A DNA stretch of 63,340 nucleotides, filler included, from Octopus bimaculoides (lineage: Eukaryota), in assembly GCF_001194135.2 (NCBI RefSeq). It is 4 parts of 4 records of this genome, joined end to end, with 100 filler letters (N's around TTAATTAATTAA, not from the genome) between each part and the next. Parts side by side here need not be neighbours in the genome. Positions count along the whole stretch, not along the records: positions 1 to 14,083 come from NC_068984.1; positions 14,184 to 32,506 come from NC_068989.1; 2 more parts are not named here. The stretch is one strand, 5' to 3'. The translations under genes and the position numbers were made by a program. The notes below the pieces were generated by a model. That model was not told where the DNA came from and ran no database searches. It saw only the letters and a list, made by a program, of their open reading frames with translations. Shown here one piece after another: positions 13,961 through 26,500 of this stretch. Numbering within the stretch: position 1 is the stretch's first letter; each line of letters starts with the position of its first letter.

Positions 13961-14040
13961 AAGAGATTACATTGTTTTACACCATTTTATTCCTTTGGAA
14001 TAAATAATACCAGTGATATCGTCGAAACATGTGTCGAAAG
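13961..14040 (+). ncRNA. Candidate minimal type I hammerhead ribozyme (HHR-1)
   Basis: Core CTGAAGA at 13968-13974. Helix II is closed by G13975:C14023 and holds an internal TTATTCC/GGAATAA hairpin. GAAAC is at 14024-14028, helix III is ACATGTGT, and the triplet is GTC (C14035). Helix I is weak (TTTC/GAAA with one extra C). Confidence 0.5.
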
Positions 14041-14083
14041 AGTAAAAAGAATTTTAAGAACACCTGCGTTTAACTTATATATA

Positions 14084-14183
14084 NNNNNNNNNNNNNNNNN
14101 NNNNNNNNNNNNNNNNNNNNNNNNNNNTTAATTAATTAANNNNNNNNNNNNNNNNNNNNNNNNNNNNNNNNNNNNNNNNNNNN
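14084..14183. other. Artificial scaffold-join spacer (44 N + TTAATTAATTAA + 44 N)
   Basis: Identical 100-bp layout at three sites. The 12-mer gives stops in all six frames. Confidence 0.95.
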
Positions 14184-14439
14184 AATACCGTAGCTTTACA
14201 GTGCTACCTTACCCCCTCCCAAAGCTGGGTCAGTCCAGTACAATTCCTCACTTGTTTTTCTGAACTTTTGGTGACCAGAAAGGGTCACCGATCACTCCTA
14301 CGCTAAAAATAGCTGTACTTGTTCACAAGACAAAGGAAATACCATTATCCCCAACAACCAGAATACGGTTTCAAAACCCAGCTCGGGAGATAGGGATATA
14401 ACATTAATTTGTATTTTCGGTGGTCGCATCAATATATAT

Positions 14440-14489
<50 letters not shown>

Positions 14490-14493
<4 letters not shown>

Positions 14494-15200
14494 ATGTAAT
14501 GTATGCTCTGAGGTTTTTTCCTTACCAGTACCAGCAGAAGTGTTAATGATCTCTGACACAGTCACCTCAAAGACTTGATATCCCCACTCACTGCCGAAGC
14601 TGGGCGTAGTGCCCTGGACCCTTATCAGCATGACAGAGCAGTTCCTGGAGAGAGACAGTGCTGGGCAGGCATCAATCACATTCACTCTGTCCATCAATCT
14701 TTCAAGCTGATGAAGCTTGGACCTGAGGGTGGAGTGAATGGCAAGCAGGAGGATTAGCGAACTGAGGATAAGGACGTCCGCTTTAGAGGTCACCTGTACT
14801 TGGTGAAGTAGTAAACATATCTCTGAGACAGAGACTGCAAAGCCCTCTGCTTCTTCCTGAAGCTTGGCATCCAAATCCATGAGCCTCGTGAATGCCACTG
14901 GATTCTTTTAGCCTCCGACCACTGTCATAGTGCTAGTCACCTTTCACATAATGCTGCCCTTAACAAAATCATAAAGCATGGCCTAGTTGTCGTAGGCTTC
15001 CCTTCCCAGCTTTTACTGTCAATGGTAAAAGGCCTGACGGTATGACAATTTTTCCACTCTGTAGTGGTAGGCCCCTTATCTGGGATGCCTCATGCCGTGA
15101 CACCTCCAACAGCAGCCTGGTGAGTTCAACCCAGGCTCTGCTGTTCGTCAGGCTGAGAAAAGCAAACGGTCAAGGTATCAGTCGTTCTCTGATAGGTTTA
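14490..15200 (-). mobile_element. Decayed retroelement coding fragment, possibly gypsy gag-like
   Basis: GC-rich block. The peptide AKLQEEAEGFAVSVSEI...LILLLAIHSTLRSKLHQLE loosely resembles the gag 'Q..GE.V.DF...L' and 'F..GL.D..LR..L' motifs. The match is not decisive. Confidence 0.3.
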
Positions 15201-16503
15201 TGATTGAGCCTGTAGTAACGCCTGCGCATGCGTAGAATTAATAATGCAAGCGTTTCCCGCTCAATTCATTCTCTTTCTCGCTGGCCAGCGATTGAGCATG
15301 GACGTGTGTTTAAAAGCTGTCTCTACATCTTTCGGTCTTATACTCGACAGCTCGTTATTCTCACCTCTAAAGATGTATAACTAAAAGATTTGTATGTTTT
15401 ACCAAGTAAATAAAAGTTGTTTAGTCTGGAGTTCAGCGTTCCGTCTATTTCTTTAAGTTTATAGTAGAAAGTCAGGTATACAATCTAAAGATGTATAACC
15501 CACTTTCTACTAAAAGCCTGTAGCAGTAGAGACCTCCTCCAGCATTCTTGGCACCATATCCCTGCTCACCATCATCGGGGTGGAGATGGTTGTCTGCAAA
15601 TGCGAGCCCTGTGAGTCAGAGTGGCTGTTGCAACGTGTCTTCCTCTCCATATTTCGGGTCAACGTCTTTTCCATTTTCTCTGCTGGGACCATGAGGCGGT
15701 CTGACTTACAAGAAACAGTACGTTGTTCTTCTAAATGTAAAGTTACGTATTTATTGTTGGTATTGATTTCACTGTTTTACGCGATGCAAATCCCTCACTG
15801 ATTCTTGTTAGTTCTTTTCTTTGTGTTTCGCCTTTGTACTATCATATAAAAGAAAAATTAGTCGTCATATGAATTATAGTTCTTCCAGTTTTCTTCGCAA
15901 ATGATTGAAAGTAACGGTTAAGTCAGATAAGTTCTAATGAGGATAGGATTTTAAAATTTCGACCACAGGGGAAATAAAACAAAGCCGAAAATTTGAAATA
16001 CTGTCGTTCGGACAAACCTGAGCCTACATTGTTTCAAGTTACGTTTTATTAACAAGTTAATGGTTTGAAAAATAGATAAAACTCAACTCCAGTCGATTTA
16101 TCAGACTTTACATCGGTCACGACAACATATTTAAAAACATAAAAATTAAAAAGAAAACACTTAAAAGTCAATACTGACGCAGAAAATCAATATACACGTT
16201 AAGATTTGTACAAACTATTTATTAAAACAGGTATAAGTTAATTCTTTTTTATGTTCTTTCGTGTTATATCGTTTTTTCGCGCATGTCTTGGAGCCAAAAT
16301 TTTTAACAAACTTATTTACAAAATAGAAAAAAATAGAGGATTACTGACATATGCTTAATTGAATACAAGGAAGAAAATTCTCTGCCAATTGTAAATATTT
16401 ATTAGAACTAGAGAAAAAAACAACATAATTTACAATATTAAACAAGTTAGTAATTAATTAATTAATTCATTCATTTATTTCTCGCACTTAACAACAGTGT
16501 TTG

Positions 16504-16513
16504 ATCACGTGAT
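16504..16513. promoter_or_regulatory. Palindromic E-box ATCACGTGAT upstream of a candidate start codon
   Basis: Perfect 10-bp palindrome about 58 bp upstream of the ATG at 16571, in a CpG-retaining segment. Confidence 0.35.
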
Positions 16514-16570
16514 TATACTTAGCAACCTGTCTAGTCTTTGTTGTCAGCTGGAAATATCCGAACGAAAATT

Positions 16571-16664
16571 ATGGCAGAAGACCGATTGCAACGACTTTGT
16601 CGAATTGCACCCTTTTCTAGGCTGCAAATCAAACTAGTAGATTGGCTGGAAGAATTTAACGCAA
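16571..16664 (+). CDS. Candidate first coding exon (MAEDRLQRLCRIAPFSRLQIKLVDWLEEFN...), unidentified
   Basis: Good start context AAATTATGG and protein-like composition. Possible donors are AAC|GCAAGT (16660) or CAA|GTTAAT (16664). An E-box lies upstream and CpG depletion begins downstream. Confidence 0.35.
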
Positions 16665-17080
16665 GTTAATCTTTTATATTTTAAAACCTTTCTATAGATA
16701 TAATTGTTTCCTTCACGTTATTGAACTTAATTGGCTTGCTGAGGTCTACCATTTTTTTCCTTCACTTTAAGGGTAATTAACCAAAGTTGACATGATTTAA
16801 TATCCAGTTTGGATCCATGCAGGTTGATGCTTGTAGGACTGTGCTGTTAGCTCTTGATCTCTAGCTAGAAGTCAACAGGTTCACATGAAACTTCTGATAT
16901 ACACACACGCACGTATTATATATTGAGATATTGGAATAGGTGTCCTCATCTTTGCTGTTATAGTTCAAATATATCGGCGCTAGCCCAACCTTGTAACGCC
17001 ACTCCGTTTTCTTGGGGTATCCCAAAGTTAAAGGCTCTGAAATATCTTCTCTTTTTTTTTTTTAATTAAAACGATGTGTA

Positions 17081-17513
17081 GGTATACCTACACAAGTGTA
17101 TACCACACCAACTTTGTTTTCTCACAACTTTCAGTAAAATGGGTATTATCTAATGAAATTTTCAACAAATACTTTTCAGATGTTTGCGATTCCAGTTTTA
17201 TCGGAATTTATTGTGAAAAAGTTTTTGGAGTTGAGGAAGGGGAAAGAGAGGCGTTTCGGATAATTCATACAAGTTGACTTTGTTTCCTCAAAACTTTCAG
17301 AAAAATGGGTGTTTTTAAATGAAATTTTCTACAAATAGCTTCTTAGATGTTATAGATTACAATTATATCGGATTTTAATGTTGAAAAAAAAAAAAAAGAA
17401 AATGGTGGACACGCGCACATACATATTGGCATACATCATTAAAAATAACCATTTTTCTGAAAGTTATGAGGAAACAAATTTAGTGGGAGACTGTATGCTT
17501 TTGTAGGTATGCC
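17081..17513. mobile_element. MITE/foldback-like DNA element with internal direct and inverted repeats
   Basis: Termini GGTATACCTACACAAG and TTTTGTAGGTATGCC are inverted. There is a ~100-bp direct repeat (17110-17209 vs 17276-17376), and 17441-17481 is an inverted copy of its start. Confidence 0.55.
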
Positions 17514-18039
17514 AACGATCCAATTCCTTTCACATGTGTTGTATGTGTGAATAAGCGTGTGCTTCGATGCATGAATTGAAGTGTTTCAATCGTGACTGTA
17601 AGACCTTTTTAAAAGCATTCCAGCTGGGAACATTGTTTTTCAAAATCAATCTTTCTTAATAGCATTCCAGGTGTGGCCATCCCGTTTTTCAAAAGTATAC
17701 CATCTTTGTTGTTTGTCATGCATTCCAGATGTGATTATCTCATCTAGTATTAAGGCACCACCCCCCCATGTCACACTCGAAAGTCTTAAAAAAATAAAAC
17801 AGGTTTCTTCTGATAATGTAGGTTGTCATGGGTAGAGTGCCTTTGATCAAAAGTCTGCTGGATCAGAACTGATCTGGAGCTAGATACCAATGACTACTAG
17901 CCACAGATTCGTATGTGTACAGTTGTGTGTGTGGGCACTGCTAAATATAATAGCAACATTCCACATCAGTACATAAATTGTGTTGAAATGCATAGAAATA
18001 TTGAAAGAACATCAGTAAAAATGCTTTATGATATTTCTT

Positions 18040-18200
18040 CCAACTTTTTTACATTCAAACCCCATCAATGTCAACTTTGCCCCTCATCCTTTCAGGGTTA
18101 ATAAAATAAAGTTCCAGTCAAGTATTAGGATAAATGATATTGACTTACCCCTCCCACCAGAATCGCTGGATTTGTATCTGAATTAGAAGCTGTTCTTTTA
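18040..18200 (+). mobile_element. SINE family 3 (Meta-domain-like core), degenerate
   Basis: GTCAACTTTGCCCCTCATCCTTTCAGGGTTAATAAAATAAAGT.CCAGT matches the 22.1 kb and 39.1 kb copies. Confidence 0.6.
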
Positions 18201-18679
18201 AATAAGCCTGAAAAATATGGGATAGCATGAGTGGAATGTCTCTTTATAAGTTGTTTTGATCAGAGCTGCCCTGGGGTTAAACAACAGTAACAACAAGCAA
18301 CAGACTCATCCCAGCCAATGAACAATCCTCTATGTGACCATTCTATTTGCTAGAAATAGCAACTAGATCATTACTGAAATGCTTTTGATTGTAGAGGTGT
18401 AACCGGATCAAGGCTGACCAAGGGCAAAAAACCACACCAACAAACTACAGTTTTCTTTCGATAGAGATTGATCACAATTTCCAGCCAATCATGTGACTGT
18501 TTAGGAGTTTCCTCATTAACTGAGATGAGTTTGTTACTAGTTGTTCTTGTGTAGCCATAAGGCATCTCTGATCTAACAGACCTGTGATCAAAGGTATTCC
18601 ATCCATGACTATCACCAGTCATTGCAGTCCAAGGTAATTGATTTACAGTTTGAATAGCTTCAAATCAGTACATGTTTGA

Positions 18680-20330
18680 AGTAGCTTCAAATCAGCATGA
18701 AGGAAATTCCAGCGAGTTGGCATTCAGGAGAGTAAGCACTAGACATTAGTAAGGGGCCTGTGGGGAAACACACAAATTGAGAAATAAAAGAAGGAGGCAG
18801 ATAGTATTGAGTAAGGTTAGATTGAGATGGTGTACAACCAGCTAGCTCCATGAAGCAGAGGCCGTTGTTGTAACAATGGATGAAGTAGAGTGAGGAGACG
18901 GCTTGTTGGTGGGTAGAGATAGAAATATGGTGGTAAATTAGTCCTTGCTAGATAGCTTTCTTTTGGATATGATTGAAGATGGTTTTGTATGTAGAAGTGG
19001 TGCTGTCCTAAATCTGGGATTAGTATTCCAATGTGAGTCAACAATTGTTCAAGGCTGAAGTCTCTTCTGAGTAATCTTTGGGGTACAATTCTTATGTGAA
19101 TGGGAAATCACAGAAGAGATCATCAGTGAGGGTAAGACCAAGCATTTGCAATGATTTTTGAGGGTTTAATTGTGTATTATCCAAGAATAGAGAGGGGTAG
19201 AATATTGTCTTTTTGTGTTGTTGAAAGAGATAAGATTGTGATGTCCCCATTCAAGAACAGTTATGAGGTTTCCTTTAATGAAGGCAGATGTGAGGTGCTT
19301 GGTTGCATGTGTGTGATGAAGATTAGGGAAGAGTGAGGTGTAAGATTATTTGCGTAGGATTGAGTATTTCTAGAGGTGAGAGCAAGAAGTTTAATAAAGT
19401 GAGAAGAGTGAAAATTACATAATCAAGCCTGATGACATACCAGAGCTGGAGTATGGGAGCGTGAGATAGTCTCATCAATTTAAATTATAGTCTGATAAGA
19501 AATTTCCAACTCAAGAGCCAAGAGACAGATGGAATCTGTTAGGGAAGAAAATGTTTCACTTTACACAATATTGTTTTTGTCAAATTTCTCAAGGACAATG
19601 GAATATTGATGTGTGTAGATACCTAATAGATCTGGCTCTATGGAAAGTGCACTTGTGTCACTGAGGAGGAAGAGGGGCAGGAAGTAAACATAAACAACTG
19701 TTTCCCTTACTTTTAAAGATACTGAAAGTGAGCAATTGGTCAATAGTTGGCAAGATTAGAGAGGTTGCTCTTCTTGATGGTAGGATATACTGTAGTGTAT
19801 TTACAAAAATCAGGATAGATTGCTACAAAGACAGAGGGAAAGTTTGATGGGAATAGAGGTTAACACTGTTTGAGGGCAATGGAAATGATATTTTCAGGGC
19901 TTTTGGTCTTGTTGGTTTGAATATCCTGGAGATGTTTGCACACTTGGCCTATACAGTGGTGAAGCTGGTGGGATGTTGGAAGAAAGTTTTTGGTGAAGTT
20001 TTGCAAATGTGCATAATGTGAAGTTGCATTCAAACTGGGCAACAGTCATGGAAGCTTTCTTTGCAGACTTACTATTTATGGAGCCATCATTACTGAGGAG
20101 TGATGAGTAGGAAGAATTACACGAAATTGGGTGGGATCCTTTTGGTATGAGAACAGAAGGATTTGCTGCAATTTGGAAGGCAGAGGAGTAGATTTGGTTC
20201 TTAACAAATCATAATGTTAATTGTAGACTAAGAGATTAGTCTATGATCAACATTACAGTAGGCTGATAGTTAGAGACTTTTCTTGAGGACTGGGAACACT
20301 GTCACATGCTGAGATAGGTATTAACAGAGA
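18680..20330 (-). mobile_element. Decayed CR1/L2(Jockey-group) LINE ORF2 (RT and C-terminal region)
   Basis: Minus-strand peptides follow the usual ORF2 order: NKTKSPENIISIALKQC, PTIKKSNLSNLANY.PIAHFQYL, and HIQKKAI...HQQAVSSLYFIHCYNNGLCFMELA. Many stops and frameshifts. Confidence 0.75.
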
Positions 20331-20974
20331 GTCCCATGAGATAGGTGCAACTTAGAACCATATTATTTGTGAGAGATATGAATGTCATCTGCTTATTTTC
20401 AAAAACTAAAATATATTATTATATTCATGGTTCAGATTTTATCATTCCTATTTTCATAAAGCTAATCTTCAGTTTCTATTTTATTTCTCATTTTCTTTTT
20501 TCGGACAACAAAATAGTATTGCCTGTGCATTTCCTTGCAATTTAGTCAAAATAATAATTTAATAAGTCATATTCTTCCCCTTTCCAATATATCTACATAC
20601 CAAAAAAATACGATTAGTTTTTAACCAGTTTTCTTCATTTATTTTTAATAGCTTAGTCAGAGGAGGAAGGGTAATATCTATGACTTTATTTCAGAGGCTC
20701 CAAGACTGGTGGTCGAAAGAATGGGAGTCATCCTGAGATTGATGACTTTGTCTAAATACTGTGGCAGAAAGGGCCCTATTAAAAGGCACCCATAGGCCAG
20801 AATTAAGTCTCCCATCCAAGAACAGGAATGGTCAATCAAATTTCATTCAGAAAACTTTGATCAACATGAGGCTATGATAGAAAACATTTGCTCCAGGTGC
20901 TGCACACCTAAAACTTCATAGTTGCAAAGCATGCACCTTAATTGCTTAGCTTTTATACACACAAAACTTTACTT

Positions 20975-21821
20975 CTCAATTAAAAAGTTCCTGAACTAGT
21001 TTTGTTGTGCACCAACAGATGGCAGCACATGGTTGTGTGCACAGTGAGAGCTAGCAGTGACCTTCATGAGACAGTGTGCCAAGTGACATCGCTGTGTTTA
21101 CTTCACAGGTTATGAAATTTGTGTTTTTGTGGGAATGTGTATGCTATAGTCTGTGATTTTGTTATGGAAACATGGAACAAAGAGCCAACGTGAAATTTTG
21201 CCTTAAACTTGGGAAGTCTGCTACAGAAACATTGAGCATGTTTTGGCAAGCTTACGGCAATGAAGCAATGGGCAGTACGCAATATTTCAAGTGGCATAGG
21301 TACTTTAAAAGCGGAAGAAAATCTCTGGAAGACGATGAGCAATCTGGAAGACTTGCCATGAGAATCACCCCCAGAAATGTGGTATTCATCCCTCTGGGCC
21401 AGACTGTAAATTTAGGGTTCTACTGCAACGTTTTGAAACATTTGAGGGAGAACATTTGGCAAGAGTGACCAGATTTGTGCAAAGAATTGGATTCTTCTTG
21501 ACGACAATGCACCCTGTCACCAAGCTCTCCTCATTTGTGAGTTTTTCTCCAAAAGCATGGTATTGCTTCCACACTCATCCTGTTCACCAGATTTAGCACC
21601 TGTAGGCTTCCATCTTTTCCCCAAAATGAAAATTCAACTCAAGGATTGCTATTTTAATACAGTTGTTGAGATACAAAGTGAATCACAGAATTTCCTCAAC
21701 TCATGGAAAACGACTGCCAGGCCAGATTCCAGAAGTGACTATTTTGAAGGAAACTTATGTAGATAAGTTATTTTTTATTAAACATAACTAATCCCAAAAC
21801 TATTTGATACCACCTTGTATA
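20975..21821 (+). mobile_element. Internally deleted mariner (DD34D-type) transposon
   Basis: MEQRANVKFCLKLGKSATET (HTH) is fused directly to FIPLGQTVN. HSSCSPDLAP matches the YSPDLAP motif. The right TIR reads TATACAAGGTGGTATCAAATAGTTTTGGGATTAG (reverse complement) and the left TIR is degenerate. Confidence 0.85.
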
Positions 21822-22099
21822 TTTATATTGAAACCAGAAAGTACAATTTTTTTTAATAATTATCATGCAAAAAGGCATTTTCTCTATCAAATTTTGTGTT
21901 TTTAACAAAATGTTTGTATATAAATCAAGTACACTATGAGGTATATGAAAAATAAAATTTGTTCCACAAAAAAGCATAATACATTCACATAAATCTTGCT
22001 AAATATATGTTCAAATCAAATACTGGCCCATATATGTAAAGAAAAATTTCCTTTAGTTTTCATTTAACTTTTTGGTTAATATTAAGTTAGGAAAAGGTA

Positions 22100-22320
22100 G
22101 CGAGCTAGTAGAATCATTATTAGCATGCTAGGAAAAATGTTTAATGGCATTTCATCTGTCTTTACATTTGAGTTTAAATTCTGCCAAAGTCAACTTGGCC
22201 TTTGATCCTTTCAGGGTCAAAACAAATACCGATTGAGCATCGGGATCGATGTAATCAACTTACTCCCAACCCAAATTTGTTGGCCTTGTGCCAAAGTTTG
22301 AAACGAATATTAAGTTAGGA
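22100..22320 (+). mobile_element. SINE family 3 (Meta-domain-like core)
   Basis: Head GTAGCGAGCTAGTAGAATC...TTTGAGTTTAAATTCTGCC, core AAGTCAACTTGGCCTTTGATCCTTTCAGGGTC, tail GGCCTTGTGCC. Confidence 0.7.
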
Positions 22321-23562
22321 CGAAGTACATATCATATAAAGGACTGTTTGTTTTCATTAGGCTTTCTAAGTGTGGAGATATTTGAATAGGATTAGTGTCA
22401 GTCAAATTAGATTGTGACTGAATTTAGTAAATGATTATTATAATACTCACAAGTAAGGATTAGGTTTTCTTTCTCTACTTAAGGTTATCTCGTTTTTGTG
22501 TCATTGATTATTGCTCCTCTTATAATTAATAACCAACAATAACAGTAAATTTAAAACCTTGTGTTTGTGTGTGTGTTTGCATGCACGCGCATACATCTAT
22601 AACCTCATGTATTATAGATAACATGATGTCAATACCATACCAACAGCTATTATCTTTGCATGGAATCAAATTGGTTATTATTATCATTAACCATGAAGTA
22701 ACTTAATTTTATGGAGCCTTATTTCTTCTTACTTATTGTTGTATTGTAATACCATTTCCTTTCTTGTATCTTCATTTTTTCCATTTTATTATTGCTGTCA
22801 AGAAAAATGTAATAATCCATCTAGTGAATTAAAATTAATATATCATGAGGAAAGAAGGGCTCTTGGGAAACATTTCTAGTACTGACTTCTTGACTGATAT
22901 ATAATTTTCTGTCTCTCAGAGGTTAGTGATAAGGTCATCAGTTATGAAATTCAAACAAAATTCACTGTACAAACAGTAGCATGCTGTATAGTAATTGGTT
23001 GATCAGAAATCACTTAATATTTTAAAGTTTAAATTCCAACAAAGATTAATTTATTTTCCATCCTTCTGAATTTCATAAACTAAGGATTTTAATCAAAGTC
23101 ATCATTGCCATCATCTTCATTGTCATCATTACCATTGTCACTGTCACCTCCATTGTTTTACTTCCATTTTCCCATACTAACACGGGTTGAGTTGATCTTT
23201 CTCAAACAGCTTCTTGTCACTTTTTTGCAGTCCTTTATCATCTCCTTTCTGAGTTTCAGTATCTTCAGATCAGCTTTTACCACTTCTTCCCATGTATTTT
23301 TCTCCTGTTGATCCTTTCCACTTGAATTGTTTACCACTTCCTATAGGTTTTATATGCATGACATATCAGTAGCAGGTACTGTCCCCCTTACACACTACTG
23401 CTGATTTCTCCTTGTAACTGTTTATCTCCCAGTTCATTTGTGCTTCATTATTCACAAGCACTGACATTACAACCCAGCAAAGTATGCTCATTTCATTTCT
23501 TACCAGTCCTTTGCTCATCCAGTGTATGTTTCACTACCATGCAGTATTGCACTTTAGGTCAC

Positions 23563-26500
23563 TGGTGTATGAGGGAACTGTAATGCAGGGAAATAAGAAA
23601 CAATTCGCTTACCTTCTCGTTGTCTGCCATCCAGCTGTACTAAGTCCAAAACTCACACCCTGCCTGTCACACCTAACAAAAGCAGCTGCTAATGCTAATT
23701 CCTCTAGCTCACTCCTCTCATGTCTGTTTATGGCGAATGCACCAAGGCAAAAGAGGATGATCCTGGTCTTCCTTCCCTCACTTCCCCTCTCACCCTTCCT
23801 GTTCCGGTCAGGCCCCTTGACCGTTGATGTCACAGTCTTTTCCTTCCGGCTCATCTCATCCCTACATGCACCCCTGATCTCAAAGGTCACCTTCTCACTT
23901 TACTTCACATCAAAATGCCATCAACTCGGGTGGATACCTCACATGCTCTGATCTCTGTAGGGAGGGAGCCTCATTCTCTTCCTCTCCCCCACCTTCATCG
24001 TCTGATGAAGTGACAATTCTGCAAACGTCCAAGATATGGAGTGGCATTCCATCCACAGGAACACTATTTTTGGAGTTAACAGCTGCTGTTCCACTGAGAT
24101 GTGCAGTGTGCCTTTGGGGGCTTGACCCAGACTTCATCTCCCACCTTCACAAAAACAAGCTTTCTCTCTTCTGCAGAGCATTCTGGTGGTTTACTCAAAT
24201 GCTGTCATTTATATCTGAATATCTCTGTGTGTGGCATGGACTCTTCAGCCTGTCCTGAGTGGGGTGACATATTGTACCAGAATACTGCTTCCAATATTAT
24301 CAAACATCTCCTTCAGTATCTTCAAACAAAATACAGTGCCATTGTCCATCAGCAATTTGTCCACAGGGCCCTACTCTAGGAATATCTCATTCAGGATACG
24401 TGCAATCTCATCTGCAGTACCTGTCTTCAATTCTTTTCAAATGGCCATCCAACTCGGCCCACAGTCAACTATCAAGAGATACATCCCCTGCCGGTAGTGT
24501 ATCACATCCACCACCAATCATCTCCAGTTGTGCTCTACCGAGATGTTTCCCTGCTCATGCACACCTGGAGCAGGGTCAATGGATTGACACCTGTCATAAT
24601 TCCCAACCACTTTTTGGATGCTTTGTCTAGTAACATCAGCGTCAGCTCTCCTGGTAAGATACAGGGTTCTATCCACACCCATATGATACATGGTATGCAG
24701 TTTCCTTAGTTCCAAGTCACTTAACCAACACACTGCAGCTATCCCTTGCTTTGAATCTTCTGGCTCCACCAACCCTGGTTAGATGTCTGCTTTGTTCCTT
24801 TCTGAACACAAAGACCACACTCAGCTTCAAACCAAATTCGGCAGTTAACTCTCCTAGAACCCCTAGGTGGCACTTTACTAACATCTCTACAGCCCCTTTA
24901 CTAACATCTCTGCAGCTCTTTTCATTGGTGATCACTGATCCTACCCAGCCACACATGGTGGCTTAATTAGTTCAGATTTTGATGGAGTGCAGCCCCCATT
25001 TCAGGGCCAAATTCACCCCATTAGTACAGCATCCAACTCAGTCATGTTGATGGGGTTGTAACCATCAGCTTTTCAAAGCCAGGCTGCGTTCACCACTTTG
25101 ATGCCTCCGATATCCAATACAACTCCTATCGCTATGCTGCTAGCATTGCACCATACAGTCCCATTCTCCAATTTGGGAACATACAAGTTATCTCTTACTG
25201 GGTCCTCTGCTCTTGTCCTCTCTAGGCTCTCCTGCATCATCACCACCGTCCCCTTTCCCACTTTTGCTCCCAAGTTTTCCCCTTCTGCTCATGTCTTGAT
25301 GTAGCTGCATACTGTCTGTAGCCTCCCTGTCATTGGGTAGTGTCCCACTAGTCTTCCACACATCAGGAATAGGTCTCTCCTGCTGACAGTGGTATCCAAT
25401 TCCAGGATCACATTCCCCCTCTGGAACACCAATGAGCCTGTTTTATCTCTTTGAAGCTTGAGCCCCACTGCGGCTTCTCCAGCCATTGGTTCCAGTGGCT
25501 TTGTAATCAGCCTGAATTTCTTGAGATGACTTACAACATCTATGGCAGACACTACAGTCTCATCTACCAAGATGTCATCTATACAGGAATTGGTGGCCCT
25601 TCTTATCCTGTCCACCTTTCCTAGGATAGACTTGAGCACTGTTGCCATGATTTTCAGCACGGAATTTAGCCTGAAACCCAGTCTAGTGAAACAGCATGTC
25701 TGGCCCTTGTATCACACCATCTGATACCACCACAGTTTCTCACTCACATGCCAACTTCAAATCGACAATAGTTGCTACCCTTGTCATCTGTCTCCACTCA
25801 TGTAGCATCTCACTGCAGACGTTAGTCACCTTGCTACCCATGTGGCACGATACATGGCTATTCATCTCCCAAAAGTCCAGTACCGGCCTGACTTTGTCCT
25901 TTGTTGGCTGCACCACTGCCATTAATGATAGCACTCTGCTCACTATCTCCTTCTTCCACAGGATAAGGACACCCTCCTTAATCCACCTCTCTACTTCACC
26001 TTCAAACTCACTCCTGGCATGTCCCTTCAAGGTATGCTGGTAGCAGCTCAGCCTGTTCTTCAGCATCAGAGGCTCCCCTTTCTAGCACCACTCTACCATC
26101 CACTACTGACTGTCGAACACCACCCGCAAATCTTTGTCCTCAACGGTGTAAGCAGTACACTCCCTTGTGGAGCTCTGCTCCCTCTCATGTTGCAGACATA
26201 CAGTACATGATGTCCCTGCACCACCAAACGAAACCATGTCTCCATCAATGCTGACACCTCCAAGATGGCTGATTGTGTCCATCCCCATCACCATGTCAAT
26301 TCCATTTACCATGTGGTCAATCACAATCGTCTGCAGCTCAGTGCCGTTCCCTGCACCGCTATCTCCATGTCACTGCTACCTTTACATCCAATCTCACTGC
26401 CATTGACCACCCAAACACCACTTGTGCCCTTCCATTTTTTGTCACCCTTGGGGTCCATGAGAGATGTCATGCAGCTTGTATTTGTGAGAGCTTTGAACAC

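Noticed and set aside
14600-14790. LILLLAIHSTLRSKLHQL as a DIRS/Crypton tyrosine-recombinase box
   Set aside because: The catalytic R...H-x-x-R...Y residues could not be placed, and a gag-like reading is equally plausible.
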